From positions 432 through 64,431 of the forward strand of contig CAIUSV010000065.1 in NCBI GenBank assembly GCA_903901915.1: 64,000 nucleotides of DNA. Direction: 5' to 3'. Below are positions 1 to 11,855 of the stretch, piece after piece. Numbering within the stretch: the first letter of the stretch is position 1; every line of letters starts with the position of its first letter. A model generated the notes under the pieces. That model ran no database searches and was not told the origin of the DNA. It was given only the letters and a program-made list of their open reading frames with translations. The position numbers and the translations under genes are program-made. This stretch comes from an uncultured Rhodospirillaceae bacterium (lineage in GTDB: Bacteria > Pseudomonadota > Alphaproteobacteria > Rhodospirillales > Magnetospirillaceae).

Positions 1-1078
1 CCACCTGCGGCTTGATGTTGGTCCACAGGAAGTTCTTGAGGCCCGCCACCTGGATCTCGCTGTCGAAGTGACCGATGTTGCAGACGATGGCACGGTCCTT
101 CATGGCACGCATGTGATCGACGGTGATGACGTCGACATTGCCGGTGGTGGTGACGAAGATGTCGCCGCGCGGCGCGGCTTCTTCCATGGTCCGGACCTCG
201 TAGCCCTCCATGCAGGCCTGCAGCGCGCAGATCGGGTCGATCTCGGTGACGATGACGCGGCAGCCCTGGCTGGCCAGCGACTCGGCCGAGCCCTTGCCAA
301 CGTCGCCGAAGCCGGCGACCACCGCGACCTTGCCGGCCAGCATGACGTCGGTGGCGCGGCGGATGCCGTCAACCAGACTTTCGCGGCAGCCGTACTTGTT
401 GTCGAACTTGGACTTGGTCACCGAGTCGTTGACGTTGATCGCCGGCCACAGCAGGGTGCCCTTCTTTTCCATCTCGTAAAGACGGTGAACGCCGGTGGTG
501 GTCTCCTCGGTGACGCCGCGGATGGAGGTGCCGTTGCGGGTGTAGAAGGTCTTGTCGGTGGCCAGCGTCTTCTTGATCGAAGCGAACAGGACCTCTTCCT
601 CTTCGCAGGTCGGGTTGGACAGCACCGACAGATCCTTCTCGGCGCGCATGCCGAGGTGGATCAGCAAGGTGGCATCGCCGCCGTCGTCGAGGATCATGTT
701 GGGGCAGCCGCCGTCGGACCACTGGAAGATGCGATGGGTATAGTCCCAGTACTCTTCCAGGCTTTCGCCCTTGACCGCAAACACCGGGGTGCCGGCGGCG
801 GCGATGGCGGCGGCGGCATGATCCTGGGTCGAGAAGATGTTGCACGACGCCCAACGCACGTCGGCACCCAGCGCCTTCAGGGTCTCGATCAGCACGCCGG
901 TCTGGATGGTCATGTGCAGGCTGCCGGCAATGCGGGCGCCCTTGAGCGGCTGGCTGGGGCCGAACTCCGCGCGGGTGGCCATCAGGCCGGGCATCTCGCT
1001 CTCGGCGATGTCCAGTTCCTTGCGGCCCCAATCGGCCAGCTTGATGTCGGCAACGTGGTAATCGGTGAAGGCGGTCAT
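1..1078 (-). CDS. ahcY: Adenosylhomocysteinase (partial, runs off window start)
   Basis: Minus strand from ATG at 1078 reads [32 protein letters not shown]...GSLHMTIQT...[14 protein letters not shown], the signature AhcY motifs. Confidence 0.97.
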   Translation of the reverse strand, partial: MTAFTDYHVADIKLADWGRKELDIAESEMPGLMATRAEFGPSQPLKGARIAGSLHMTIQTGVLIETLKALGADVRWASCNIFSTQDHAAAAIAAAGTPVFAVKGESLEEYWDYTHRIFQWSDGGCPNMILDDGGDATLLIHLGMRAEKDLSVLSNPTCEEEEVLFASIKKTLATDKTFYTRNGTSIRGVTEETTTGVHRLYEMEKKGTLLWPAINVNDSVTKSKFDNKYGCRESLVDGIRRATDVMLAGKVAVVAGFGDVGKGSAESLASQGCRVIVTEIDPICALQACMEGYEVRTMEEAAPRGDIFVTTTGNVDVITVDHMRAMKDRAIVCNIGHFDSEIQVAGLKNFLWTNIKPQV

Positions 1079-1151
1079 GATCGTCCCTCTGCATGGGGGT
1101 GGGATGGGCAGGCGCCTGTGTAGCAGGCCCCAACCGGAAACGCAACACGAT

Positions 1152-1167
1152 ATAAAGATATCTTTAT
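1152..1167. promoter_or_regulatory. Perfect 16-bp palindrome ATAAAGATATCTTTAT upstream of ahcY; candidate SahR-type operator
   Basis: Palindrome seen directly, 74 nt upstream of the ahcY start. ArsR-family SahR repressors are known to control ahcY/metK via palindromic operators; the assignment is inference. Confidence 0.6.
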
Positions 1168-2999
1168 GTCGGAATGTTTCCCGCCGACTGTCGCCCACCC
1201 TCGTTGAAGGTATCGATCAGCTTGGCGATCCTGGCCGAGTCCGACTGGTCCATGATGATTCGGGCCAACCGGGTGGCCTCGTTCAGATCGGTGGCGCGGA
1301 TACGGCTTTTCACCACCGGGACGTTGGAGGTCGCCATGGACAGGTCGCGGATGCCCAGCCCCAGCAGCAGCGCGGTATAGCGGGGATCACCGGCCATCTC
1401 GCCGCAGACGCAGACCGGGATGCGGGCGCGGGCCGCCGCCTCGGACGAGAACTGGATCAGCCGCAGCACCGCCGGGTGCAGCGGGTTGTACAGGTGCGCC
1501 ACCGCCTCGTCGGAACGGTCGATGGCCAGGGTGTATTGGGTCAAGTCGTTGGTGCCGATGGAGAAGAAGTCGGCGTGCCAGGCGATGGCGTCGGCCGACA
1601 GCGCCGCGCCGGGAATCTCGATCATGGCCCCCAACAACGGCGGCGGATCGGCGACGGCGACGCCCTTGGCCTTCAGGCGCTTCAGCACCCGGTTCATGAT
1701 TTCGCGGGTGGCCCGCAATTCGCCGACGGTGGCGATCATCGGGATCAGGATGCGCACCGGGCCATGCGCCGAGGCGCGCAGGATCGCGGCCAATTGCGCC
1801 TCCAGCAGATCCTGGCGGGCGAGGCCGAGGCGGATGGCGCGCAGGCCCAGCGATGGATTGGGACCGATGGTACAGCCCAGCGCCGGCGCCAGCTTGTCGC
1901 CGCCGGCGTCGAAGGTGCGCACGGTGACGGTGCGTCCACCCATGCGCTCCACCACGTCCCGCAGCACCCGGTACTGCTCGTCCTCGGACGGCACATCCTC
2001 GCGGTTCATGTAAAGGAATTCGCTGCGCAGCAGGCCGATGCCCTCGGCGCCGGACTCCAGCACCGCCGGCACCTCGGCCGGCAGTTCCATGTTGGCTTGC
2101 AACTGGATGGTCGTCCCGTCGCGGGTAATGGCCGGCACGGTTTTCAGGCGGGCCAGCACCCGTAGCGACCGCAGGAATTCGGCGCGCTTGCGGCGATAAA
2201 GCGCCAGCGTCGCCGGCAGCGGGTTGATCACCACCAGTCCGGCGGCACCGTCGACGATCACCGTCTCGCCGCCGACGACATCCTTCAGCAGCTCGGCGAC
2301 GCCCAGCACAGACGGCAGCCCCAGCGAGCGGGCCATGATCGCGGTGTGGCTTTCGGCGCCCCCCAGCACGGTAGCCAGGCCAGCCACCGTCTTGGGATCG
2401 AGCAGGGCGGTATCGGCCGGGGTCATCTCGTCGGCGACGATCACCGCGTTGCGCGGCAGGGCGGTGAACGGGCGGTAGGGGGTGTTGGTGAGATTGCGCA
2501 GCAGCCGCCGGCCGATATCGCGGATATCGGCCACCCGGGCGGCGAGATAGGCGTCTTCCATGGCCTCGAAGCCGTGGACGATCTCGTTGATCTCCTGCTG
2601 CACCGCCGCTTCGGCGTTGATCCGCTCGGCGCGGATGCGGTTTTCCACCCCGCGGATCAGGCGCGAGCCGTGCAGCATCTGACGATAGGCTTCGAGCAGA
2701 TAGCCCAGTTCCTCGCCGGCGGTACCGGCCATGCCGCCCGCCTTTTCCTGCAATTGCTCGACCTGATTGCCGGCGCGGGCGGCGGCGGCGGCAAAGCGGG
2801 CGCATTCGGCGGCGACCTTGCCGGCCGGAATACGACGCTCGGCCACCGAAATGGTCCCGGCGCAGTGCAGATAAAGAGTACCGATGGCGATGCCGCGGGT
2901 GACCCCCAGGCCATCGCGCACAATCTCGCAGTCCCCCCGGCCACCGGCCGGCGGCGGGGGTTCCGAGTCGAGACCATCGTCATCGGTCCGGGTCGTCAT
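1164..2999 (-). CDS. ptsI: PEP-protein phosphotransferase (PTS enzyme I, no GAF domain)
   Basis: 611 aa with [15 protein letters not shown] phospho-His motif, [30 protein letters not shown]. Confidence 0.96.
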   Translation of the reverse strand: MTTRTDDDGLDSEPPPPAGGRGDCEIVRDGLGVTRGIAIGTLYLHCAGTISVAERRIPAGKVAAECARFAAAAARAGNQVEQLQEKAGGMAGTAGEELGYLLEAYRQMLHGSRLIRGVENRIRAERINAEAAVQQEINEIVHGFEAMEDAYLAARVADIRDIGRRLLRNLTNTPYRPFTALPRNAVIVADEMTPADTALLDPKTVAGLATVLGGAESHTAIMARSLGLPSVLGVAELLKDVVGGETVIVDGAAGLVVINPLPATLALYRRKRAEFLRSLRVLARLKTVPAITRDGTTIQLQANMELPAEVPAVLESGAEGIGLLRSEFLYMNREDVPSEDEQYRVLRDVVERMGGRTVTVRTFDAGGDKLAPALGCTIGPNPSLGLRAIRLGLARQDLLEAQLAAILRASAHGPVRILIPMIATVGELRATREIMNRVLKRLKAKGVAVADPPPLLGAMIEIPGAALSADAIAWHADFFSIGTNDLTQYTLAIDRSDEAVAHLYNPLHPAVLRLIQFSSEAAARARIPVCVCGEMAGDPRYTALLLGLGIRDLSMATSNVPVVKSRIRATDLNEATRLARIIMDQSDSARIAKLIDTFNEGGRQSAGNIPT

Positions 3000-3024
3000 C
3001 GCTCTCCTCGCCTGGCGCGGACGA

Positions 3025-3324
3025 TCAATCCTCGTCGAACTTGTTTTCGATCAGCGCACACAGCGCGTCCAGCAGCTCGACCGCCTGGGCGCCGCTGGCC
3101 CGCAACTCGATGGAACAGCCCGGTGCGGCGGCCAGCATCATCAGGCCCATGATCGACAGGCCGGACACCTCGGTACCGCGATGACCGACGATGACCTGGG
3201 CGTCGAAGGTGGCGGCGAGTTTAACGAATTTGGCGGCGGCACGGGCGTGCAGCCCCCGCCGGTTGGTGATGGTGGCGCCGCGCTGGATTTCACCAGCCGC
3301 GGCCTCGATGGTACCGGCGCTCAT
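3025..3324 (-). CDS. ptsH: HPr/NPr phosphocarrier protein
   Basis: GLHARAAAKFV (His15) and SIMGLMMLAA (Ser46) motifs. Confidence 0.95.
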   Translation of the reverse strand: MSAGTIEAAAGEIQRGATITNRRGLHARAAAKFVKLAATFDAQVIVGHRGTEVSGLSIMGLMMLAAAPGCSIELRASGAQAVELLDALCALIENKFDED

Positions 3325-3728
3325 CGGCGATCCTGGGTCAAAAGTTTGGAAGCGACGTTGATGTATTTACGCCCGGCCTCCTGGGCACTGGCCACCGCGT
3401 CGACCAGCGTTTCGGAGTGGCGCACGCTGGCCAGCTTGATCAGCATCGGCAGGTTGACACCGGCGATCACCTCGACCTTGGCCTTGTCCATGATGGAGAT
3501 CGCCAGATTGGACGGCGTACCGCCGAACATATCGGTCAGAACCACCACGCCGCTGCCGTCGTCGCATCGCGCCACGCTGGCCAGGATGTCGTTGCGCCGC
3601 TGCTCCATGTCGTCCTCGGGTCCGATGCATACGGCGGCGACGTTCGGCTGCGGTCCGACCACATGCTCCAGCGCGGCGACAAGTTCGTCGGCAAGCCGCC
3701 CGTGGGTGACGAGAACCAGTCCGATCAT
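3321..3728 (-). CDS. manX: PTS EIIA component, mannose/fructose family
   Basis: MIGLVLVTHG...LTDMFGGTPSN...GVNLPMLI motifs; position in the hprK-rapZ-EIIA-HPr cluster. Confidence 0.93.
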   Translation of the reverse strand: MIGLVLVTHGRLADELVAALEHVVGPQPNVAAVCIGPEDDMEQRRNDILASVARCDDGSGVVVLTDMFGGTPSNLAISIMDKAKVEVIAGVNLPMLIKLASVRHSETLVDAVASAQEAGRKYINVASKLLTQDRR

Positions 3729-3738
3729 TGAAATCCCC

Positions 3739-4665
3739 TCATCCAGATCCCCCTTCGTCGAGTTCGCGGTGTCGCAACTCGACGCGGCCGCCCCGGTCCT
3801 TCAGCCATCCGGCAATACGCTCGGCAATGGCGACCGAACGGTGGCGACCACCGGTGCAGCCGATGGCGATGGTCAGATAGCTCTTACCCTCGGCGGCGAA
3901 GCGGGGCAACAACGGTTCCAACAATCGGGTGACAGAATCCATGAAATCGGCGAATGCCGGGTCCGCGGCAACATAGTCGGCGACGGCGGCATCACGGCCC
4001 GACAGCGGCCTCAGCTCGGCCACATAGTGGGGATTGGCCAGGAATCGGGCGTCGAACACCAGATCGGCCTCGCGCGGCAGGCCGTTGCGATAGGCGAACG
4101 AGGTGACGAACACCAGCAGACCGCGATCGCTCTCCAGCCCGAAATGCCCGGCCAGCACCCGCTTGAACCGGGCGGGCGGCTGGTCGGTGGTGTCGATCAC
4201 CACGTCGGCACGGGCGCGCAGCGGCGACACCAGGGCGCGTTCGTGGCGGATACCGTCCAGCAGCGGCCGGTCCGCCGCCAGGGGATGGCGCCGCCGGGTC
4301 TCGGTGTAACGTCGGCACAGCGCATCGTCATCGCAGTCAAGAAACAGCAGGCGCACATCCAGATCGCTTTCCGCCATCAGCCGGTCGATCTCGGACAGGA
4401 CCGGCTCGACGCCGAAGTCGCGGGTGCGGATGTCCACGCCGATGGCCAGCGGCCTCGGCACGCCGTCGCCCGGGCGGACCAGACTGGCCACCAGCGACAG
4501 CGGCAGGTTGTCCACCGCCTCCCAGCCCAGATCCTCCAGCACCTTCAGCGCCAGCGTCTTGCCGGCGCCCGACATGCCGGTAACGATGACCACACGATTA
4601 CCGCCCGCGGCGGAGGGAACCGCCAGGGCCGGACGCACATCGGGAGGGACGCGATCGTTCATCAC
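3739..4665 (-). CDS. rapZ: RNase adapter RapZ (P-loop protein)
   Basis: TGMSGAGKT, AVDNLP, DARFLANPHY, IGCTGGRHRSV motifs. Confidence 0.95.
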   Translation of the reverse strand: MMNDRVPPDVRPALAVPSAAGGNRVVIVTGMSGAGKTLALKVLEDLGWEAVDNLPLSLVASLVRPGDGVPRPLAIGVDIRTRDFGVEPVLSEIDRLMAESDLDVRLLFLDCDDDALCRRYTETRRRHPLAADRPLLDGIRHERALVSPLRARADVVIDTTDQPPARFKRVLAGHFGLESDRGLLVFVTSFAYRNGLPREADLVFDARFLANPHYVAELRPLSGRDAAVADYVAADPAFADFMDSVTRLLEPLLPRFAAEGKSYLTIAIGCTGGRHRSVAIAERIAGWLKDRGGRVELRHRELDEGGSG

Positions 4666-5093
4666 ATGCGCATTATATCTCGCGTTGCCAAATGCATCGC
4701 AAGACGAACCTTCGCCGCCGCCGAAGCCTGGAACGGGGCGATCGCCAGTCGCGGTACGGAAAGTCCGAGAAATTCGGCAACGCCGGGGGCGGGCATGCGC
4801 TCGACCTCGTCGTCCGCCACCAGATCCACCACCAGGGCCAGCGGCACCCAGGCCCGATGCGCCACGGTGATGACGCCCATTCCGCGCACCTCCATCAAGC
4901 CGGCGATGCTGTCGGGAACGCGGGCAATCAGCCGCCCGGCCCGGGGCAACAGCTCGGTCTGGTCGTCGGCGACCAGTTGGGCGCCGCCATCGATCAGCCG
5001 CAGGCCCAGATCCGACTTGCCGCTGCCCGAGGGACCGCGGATCAGGACGCCATGGCCGGTGATTTCCACCGTGGTGCCGTGAACAAGAAGCAT
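4662..5093 (-). CDS. hprK: HPr kinase/phosphorylase, short alphaproteobacterial type
   Basis: VHGTTV...GPSGSGKSDLGLRLI...LVADD...GLMEVRGMG. Start placed at ATG 5093. Confidence 0.92.
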   Translation of the reverse strand: MLLVHGTTVEITGHGVLIRGPSGSGKSDLGLRLIDGGAQLVADDQTELLPRAGRLIARVPDSIAGLMEVRGMGVITVAHRAWVPLALVVDLVADDEVERMPAPGVAEFLGLSVPRLAIAPFQASAAAKVRLAMHLATRDIMRM

Positions 5094-5150
5094 GGCGGCA
5101 GGGTGGCGAGCGCCGCCCGGCAAGTCAAGCCGGATGGCGGCAAGAATCGC

Positions 5151-7001
5151 TCAGTCCCTGGCGTTCCCGCGATCCGTGGCCTGACGCGGGTCCTGGCCGA
5201 GATAAAGCGGCCACTCGCCCGCCGCCACCTCCTGAAGCGAGGTCGCCGGCTGGCCGAAGCGGTTTTGATAAACCCAGTAGCTGCTCATGACCCGCTGGAC
5301 GAACACGCGGGTTTCGCGCGACGGCAGGCTTTCCACGAACAGCAGCGGGTCGTCACCGTGATTGATCGACTGGCGCCAGCGCGCCAGATTGCCCGGACCG
5401 GCGTTGTAGGCGGCGGCCAGCATCATCAGGTTGCCGTTGACCGGCTCGTCGGCGAGCAGCTTGGCGACATAGCGCTGGCCCAGCCCCAGGTTGACCTCGG
5501 GATCGGCCAAGCGGTCGCGGCCCTGGCGCCCACCGGCCACCGAGGCGGCGGTGGCGGGCATCAACTGCATCAGGCCGGTGGCGCCGACCCCGCTGCGGGC
5601 ACGCGGGTTGAACGACGATTCCTGACGCACCAGGGCGTAGACCAGGGCCCGATCGATTTGCCAGCCGCCTTGGGGCGTCCATTCCGGCACCGGGAAGGCG
5701 GCGGCGTCATGCACGCGGCCGTTCTCGCGCGGCAACGCCCCGCCCAGGCGAACCGCCAGCGCCGGCATCTGCCCGGCGTTGGCCAGCACCAACATGGCCT
5801 GATGCACCGCCTTGCCGGTGTTGGGGTAAAGCTTGCGCAGCTCGTCCTCGGCCGCCTGACGCTCGCCGAGTTGCAGCAGCCCCAGGGCCCGCCGCGCCGC
5901 CGGTACCCGCAGCAACAGATCGGCATCGCCTTCGGTGAACGGCGGGGTTTCCCACGAGAACCGGGTTTCGTAGCCCAGCTCGGTACGGGCCAACTGGCCG
6001 TAGAAGGTGCGGGAATAGGTGGCGGCGACTTCAAGCCAGTGGTTGACCACCTCGGGACGCCGGACCACCAGATTGGCCCGCGCCGCCCAGAAGGCGGACG
6101 CGGCGGTCAGCCATTCCTGACCGTCGGGGGCGTTGACGGCCGCCTCGAAATGGCGACGCGCCATATCGGGATGGCCGCTGCGCCACAGGGCGAGACCGCT
6201 GACCCAGTGGGCGGCGGGGATCTGCTCGCCCGAGCGTTCCGCCGCGGCGACGGCCAGGGCGGCAGCCTTGTCGTCACGGCCTCCGGCGAAGTGGTCGGCC
6301 GCCACCATCAGGCGCAGCCGGTCGAATTCCAGCGCCGACAGCCCCTGGGACTCGGCGGCGGCCAGGATCGACTCGGCGCGGCTCCATTCGTCGTCGCGCA
6401 ACGCCTGACGCAGGCGGGCCTTGATCGCCCGCACCCGTGGGGCGGACTCTTCCATGTTGAAGGCGGCCTCTTCCCACCAGGCGCCATCGGCCTCGGTATC
6501 GATGCCGGTCCCCTGCAAGGCGCCGCGCACCGGCGGGTGCAACGCGCCGACACCCTTGCCCCCCTTGGTCGACAGCGCCAGCCGATGGATCGCCTCGGCC
6601 TGGGGCAGATCGGCATATTCCGCCAGCCACGCCCGCAGTTCAGGAAATTTCGGCTTGGCGCCGGGGGTAAGCAGGCGCTGGGCCAGCACATGGCCCTTCA
6701 ACAGTTCGTCGCGCAGCTTACCCAATTCGCGGTCGGCGGCGGCGAACTGGCCATGCGCCTGCAACGCCATGACCGATTTGTAGATCGCCACATCCGCGGC
6801 GGACAACGGCCGGGGCAGCGGCGCGATACGCGCCCCGCGCCCCGTTCCGGGCAGCACCGCCGCAGTCATGGCGCCTTCGGCGGCGGCCACATGAACGGCG
6901 GGCGAGGAGTCGGATTCGGGGCGGTTGGAGCCACCGGCGAAGGCCGGGGATGTCGTCGCCAGAAACGCCAGCATCACTGCCGGGAGGAGCCTGTCGCGCA
7001 A
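5151..7001 (-). CDS. Soluble lytic murein transglycosylase (Slt-like)
   Basis: Signal peptide and C-terminal SLT motifs RQESSFNP, GLMQLMP, AAYNAGPG, ETRVFVQRV. TTG start with AGGAG RBS. Confidence 0.92.
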   Translation of the reverse strand: MRDRLLPAVMLAFLATTSPAFAGGSNRPESDSSPAVHVAAAEGAMTAAVLPGTGRGARIAPLPRPLSAADVAIYKSVMALQAHGQFAAADRELGKLRDELLKGHVLAQRLLTPGAKPKFPELRAWLAEYADLPQAEAIHRLALSTKGGKGVGALHPPVRGALQGTGIDTEADGAWWEEAAFNMEESAPRVRAIKARLRQALRDDEWSRAESILAAAESQGLSALEFDRLRLMVAADHFAGGRDDKAAALAVAAAERSGEQIPAAHWVSGLALWRSGHPDMARRHFEAAVNAPDGQEWLTAASAFWAARANLVVRRPEVVNHWLEVAATYSRTFYGQLARTELGYETRFSWETPPFTEGDADLLLRVPAARRALGLLQLGERQAAEDELRKLYPNTGKAVHQAMLVLANAGQMPALAVRLGGALPRENGRVHDAAAFPVPEWTPQGGWQIDRALVYALVRQESSFNPRARSGVGATGLMQLMPATAASVAGGRQGRDRLADPEVNLGLGQRYVAKLLADEPVNGNLMMLAAAYNAGPGNLARWRQSINHGDDPLLFVESLPSRETRVFVQRVMSSYWVYQNRFGQPATSLQEVAAGEWPLYLGQDPRQATDRGNARD

Positions 7002-7232
7002 GGCTGTTCTCCTCTGGTGGTGGCCCGGAATACCCGACGAAAAAACGTCGGAACCGGGTCACTCGTGGTTATCGACAAAACCAATCACGGTCACCGGGTT
7101 TATAAATGACCCGGGCGTCGAGGCCAAGAAAAAAAAGGTCATAGTCGGACAAATTATGATAAAATGCCGATAAATATCATAGCGTTAGCCAAAATCTTTC
7201 CCGGATCGCCGCCCCGGCTCCATAATGGCGTC

Positions 7233-8159
7233 ATGATCGTATCGGCCAGCTATCGCACCGACATTCCAGCCTTTTACGGCAAGTGGTTCATCAATCGCTT
7301 TAGGGCCGGCTGGGCCAAGGTGGTCAATCCCCATGGCGGCCAGATCGCGACCATCGCGCTGCGTGGCGGGGTGGACGGCTTCGTGTTCTGGACCCGCAAC
7401 GTCGCCCCCTTCCGCGATGCCCTGAGCGAAGTCCGGGACGCCGGCCTGCCCTTCGTGGTGCAGTACACCGTCACCGGCTATCCCCGGCCGCTGGAAGCGT
7501 CGGTGGTCGAGAGCGCGCGCTCGGTCGAGCTGATCCACCAACTGGCCGAGCGCCACGGCCGGCGTTCGGTGGTGTGGCGCTATGATCCGGTGGTGATCAC
7601 CTCGCGGACCCCCGCCGCCTGGCACGAGGATAACTTCACCCGCCTGTGCGATCGCCTCGCCGGCGCGGTCGACGAGGTAACGGTGTCGTTCGCCTGCATC
7701 TACCGCAAGACCGCGCGCAACATGGCGGCGGCGGCAAGCGCCCACCGCTTTTCCTGGTCCGACCCACCGGCCGAGATCAAGCGGACGCTGTTAAGCCGGC
7801 TGGCCGGATCGGCGGCGGAACGGGGCATGACGCTAACCATCTGCTCGCAACCCGACCATGGGGCAGCGGGAACGGAACCGGCCCGCTGCGTCGATGCCCG
7901 ACGGCTGGAGGACGTCGCCGCGACCTGGGGCGCCCGGCGGGCGATCGTGGCGAAAGCCAAGGGCAATCGGCCGGGCTGTCTGTGCTGCGAAAGCCGCGAC
8001 ATCGGCGCGTACGACACCTGCCCGCACGGCTGCGCCTACTGCTACGCCGTCGACTCCCGCACGCGGGCCAAGCTGCGGTTTGGCCAACACGATCCGGCAG
8101 CCGAATTTCTGATCCCGCCAACGGGAGCGGTGCCGGAAGGCGATGCCAAGTTGTTGTGA
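7233..8159 (+). CDS. DUF1848 family protein
   Basis: MIVSASYRTDIPAFY...FWTRN...WRYDP...DIGAYDTCPHGCAYCYA. Confidence 0.85.
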   Translation: MIVSASYRTDIPAFYGKWFINRFRAGWAKVVNPHGGQIATIALRGGVDGFVFWTRNVAPFRDALSEVRDAGLPFVVQYTVTGYPRPLEASVVESARSVELIHQLAERHGRRSVVWRYDPVVITSRTPAAWHEDNFTRLCDRLAGAVDEVTVSFACIYRKTARNMAAAASAHRFSWSDPPAEIKRTLLSRLAGSAAERGMTLTICSQPDHGAAGTEPARCVDARRLEDVAATWGARRAIVAKAKGNRPGCLCCESRDIGAYDTCPHGCAYCYAVDSRTRAKLRFGQHDPAAEFLIPPTGAVPEGDAKLL

Positions 8160-8421
8160 CTCACAACTGTGCTACTGTATTCACACTAGAAAATATGGCA
8201 ACTGAGCCTACTCGCAAAAGGCGATTACATGATGTCGCCCCAATCTTGAATAGGCATACCCCGCCGATATTTAAACATTTCAACAAGTTGAGTCGCACAA
8301 CGATTTTGTGCGCCGCAACATATTGAAATTGTAACTTAATTGATACCAATGGATCTTTGCCATTTCCGAAGATGATGTTGTATATTCAGATGTCGTAGAA
8401 AACCGGAACATAGGGGGTCTC

Positions 8422-8664
8422 ATGCTGTCGTGCACGATCCATCCCGTCCCCGCCTCGGCGGAAGTCCGGTACATCAGCCGGGGGATTCGTCCGGCCGGTG
8501 GACGCCGGGTGTCCGCCGCATCCTCATTCTCCGGCAATGGCGAGCCGTCGCTGGACGAGGTGATGGGTGATCCCATGGTGCTGCGCCTGATGGCCCGCGA
8601 CGGCGTGGCCTTGGCCGCACTGCGATCGCTGATCGCCGAGGTCCGAGGCCGACTGCTGGACTAA
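8422..8664 (+). CDS. Small conserved hypothetical protein
   Basis: 80 aa with GGGGG RBS; C-terminal EPSLDEVMGDPMVLRLMARDGV pattern recalled from small alphaproteobacterial proteins. Confidence 0.6.
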   Translation: MLSCTIHPVPASAEVRYISRGIRPAGGRRVSAASSFSGNGEPSLDEVMGDPMVLRLMARDGVALAALRSLIAEVRGRLLD

Positions 8665-9128
8665 TGCACCAACACCTCGCTGAGGTGGCACTGCATTTCG
8701 CGCGGTGTCACATGGGTGAGGTCCTTGGTCACCTCGCCCACCACCATCCGCCGGGTCAGGTCCTGTAGATTCTTGCGCAACTCGCCCATCATCATGGGCG
8801 GAGCCACCAGCACCAGACGCCGGAACAGATGATCGGCGGCGGCGCGGTCGAGCCGCTCGGCCACCCGGCCGGCGAAGCGCCGCTTCTCGTCTTCCTGCCA
8901 GTCTCCCTCGTCGAAGGCGTGCCGCCCCCACCCCGCCGACTCGCCCCATCCCGCCGACGGGAAGCTACGGCCGGGACGGTCGGTGGTCATGGCCAGATTG
9001 TGGGCACGCGACGGAGCCGCCAACATATAGTCCAGCGTCGGCACGATCTCGTGGCCGGCACCGTCGCAGCGATAGAACTGAGCCCGGGTCCCATCGGCTA
9101 CGCAGATCCACGTTTCAGAGGACCGCAT
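8661..9128 (-). CDS. Host attachment protein family (bacterial eRF1-like)
   Basis: TWICVADGTRAQF...DRPGRSF...LVLVAPPMMMGELRK...KDLT; AGGAGG RBS. Confidence 0.85.
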   Translation of the reverse strand: MRSSETWICVADGTRAQFYRCDGAGHEIVPTLDYMLAAPSRAHNLAMTTDRPGRSFPSAGWGESAGWGRHAFDEGDWQEDEKRRFAGRVAERLDRAAADHLFRRLVLVAPPMMMGELRKNLQDLTRRMVVGEVTKDLTHVTPREMQCHLSEVLVH

Positions 9129-9206
9129 GATACCCTCCTCCCGTTGGCATGGCGGCGGGCGTCGGCGCGGGACCGGCGTCTTCCGCGCGTCAATGGGGCA
9201 TTATAG

Positions 9207-10787
<1,581 letters not shown>

Positions 10788-10792
10788 TCCGG

Positions 10793-11704
10793 TCACTCCG
10801 ACGGACGAAACGCCTCGACCGGGTCGTCGCTGGGATAGTGGATCAGGCCGGAGAGCACCGCCCCCATGGGAAAGCCCAGATTGATGTCGCGGGGCGGGAT
10901 CGGCGACATGAACCACTTGGCGTACAGCCGGCCGATCTCGCCGTTTTTCATCATCGCCTTGACGGTCTCGTCCACCACCGCCTTGAAGGCGGGATCGTCG
11001 CGACGCAGCATGATGGCGATGGGCTCGACGCTGAGGGCCTCGCCGACGATGGCGTAGTCGTTGGGTGACGCCGAAGCGGCGATCAGACCGGCCAAGAGAT
11101 TGTCGTCCATGACGAAGGCGTCGGCCTGGCCGGTCTCCAGCAGATGGAACGACTGGGCATGGTCGTCGCCGCGAACTTCCCGGATCGCGAACCGCCGCCC
11201 GATTTGACGCGCCTTCAGCAGTTCCACGCTGGTGCTGCCGGTGGTCGTCACCACCGTCTTGCCATCGAGCTGCGACAGGCTGGTGATGCCGGCGCTTCGC
11301 TTTACCGCCACGCGAACCGACGCCACGTAGGTGGTGGGGGCGAAGGCGACCTGCCTTTGCCGCGCCGCATTGTTGGTGGTCGAGCCGCATTCCAGATCGA
11401 TGCCGCCGTCGACGACCCTGGCGATGCGGCTCTGCGATGTCACCAACACGGTCCGAACCGCCAGATCAGCCATGTCCAACCGCGTCTTCACCGCGTCGAC
11501 GACACGGCGGCAGATGTCGAGGTGATAGCCGATCGGCCGCCCCGAGGCGTCGAAATAGGACAGGGGATACGACGCCTCCCTGACCCCGAGAACGATGGCC
11601 CCCGCCTGGCGGATCTTGTCGAACGTGCCGGCCGGAACCGACTGCGCCATTGCCGGCCCGGCAAGCAGCAAGACCAGCGCCGGAACCGCCACCCAAGCGA
11701 ACAT
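10793..11704 (-). CDS. Amino-acid ABC transporter substrate-binding protein (GltI-like), stand-alone
   Basis: Signal peptide; GVREASYPLSY, DLECGSTTNN, AFVMDD, EPIAIMLRRDD. Confidence 0.88.
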   Translation of the reverse strand: MFAWVAVPALVLLLAGPAMAQSVPAGTFDKIRQAGAIVLGVREASYPLSYFDASGRPIGYHLDICRRVVDAVKTRLDMADLAVRTVLVTSQSRIARVVDGGIDLECGSTTNNAARQRQVAFAPTTYVASVRVAVKRSAGITSLSQLDGKTVVTTTGSTSVELLKARQIGRRFAIREVRGDDHAQSFHLLETGQADAFVMDDNLLAGLIAASASPNDYAIVGEALSVEPIAIMLRRDDPAFKAVVDETVKAMMKNGEIGRLYAKWFMSPIPPRDINLGFPMGAVLSGLIHYPSDDPVEAFRPSE

Positions 11705-11855
11705 TGCGCCATGACCTCAAAGATCAACCATACCGAGCCGACAGACTAGACCATCGGGCCGATGCCTTGTCAACGCAACCGGAGGTCAGGGCAACCAGAG
11801 GTCAGGCCGGGGGAAACGGCTTGCGCCGGAGGCGGGGTTGCGCCATGGTCCGGCC

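Noticed and set aside
1079-1150. SAH riboswitch upstream of ahcY
   Set aside because: I could not find the conserved riboswitch elements by eye; an Infernal search would settle it.
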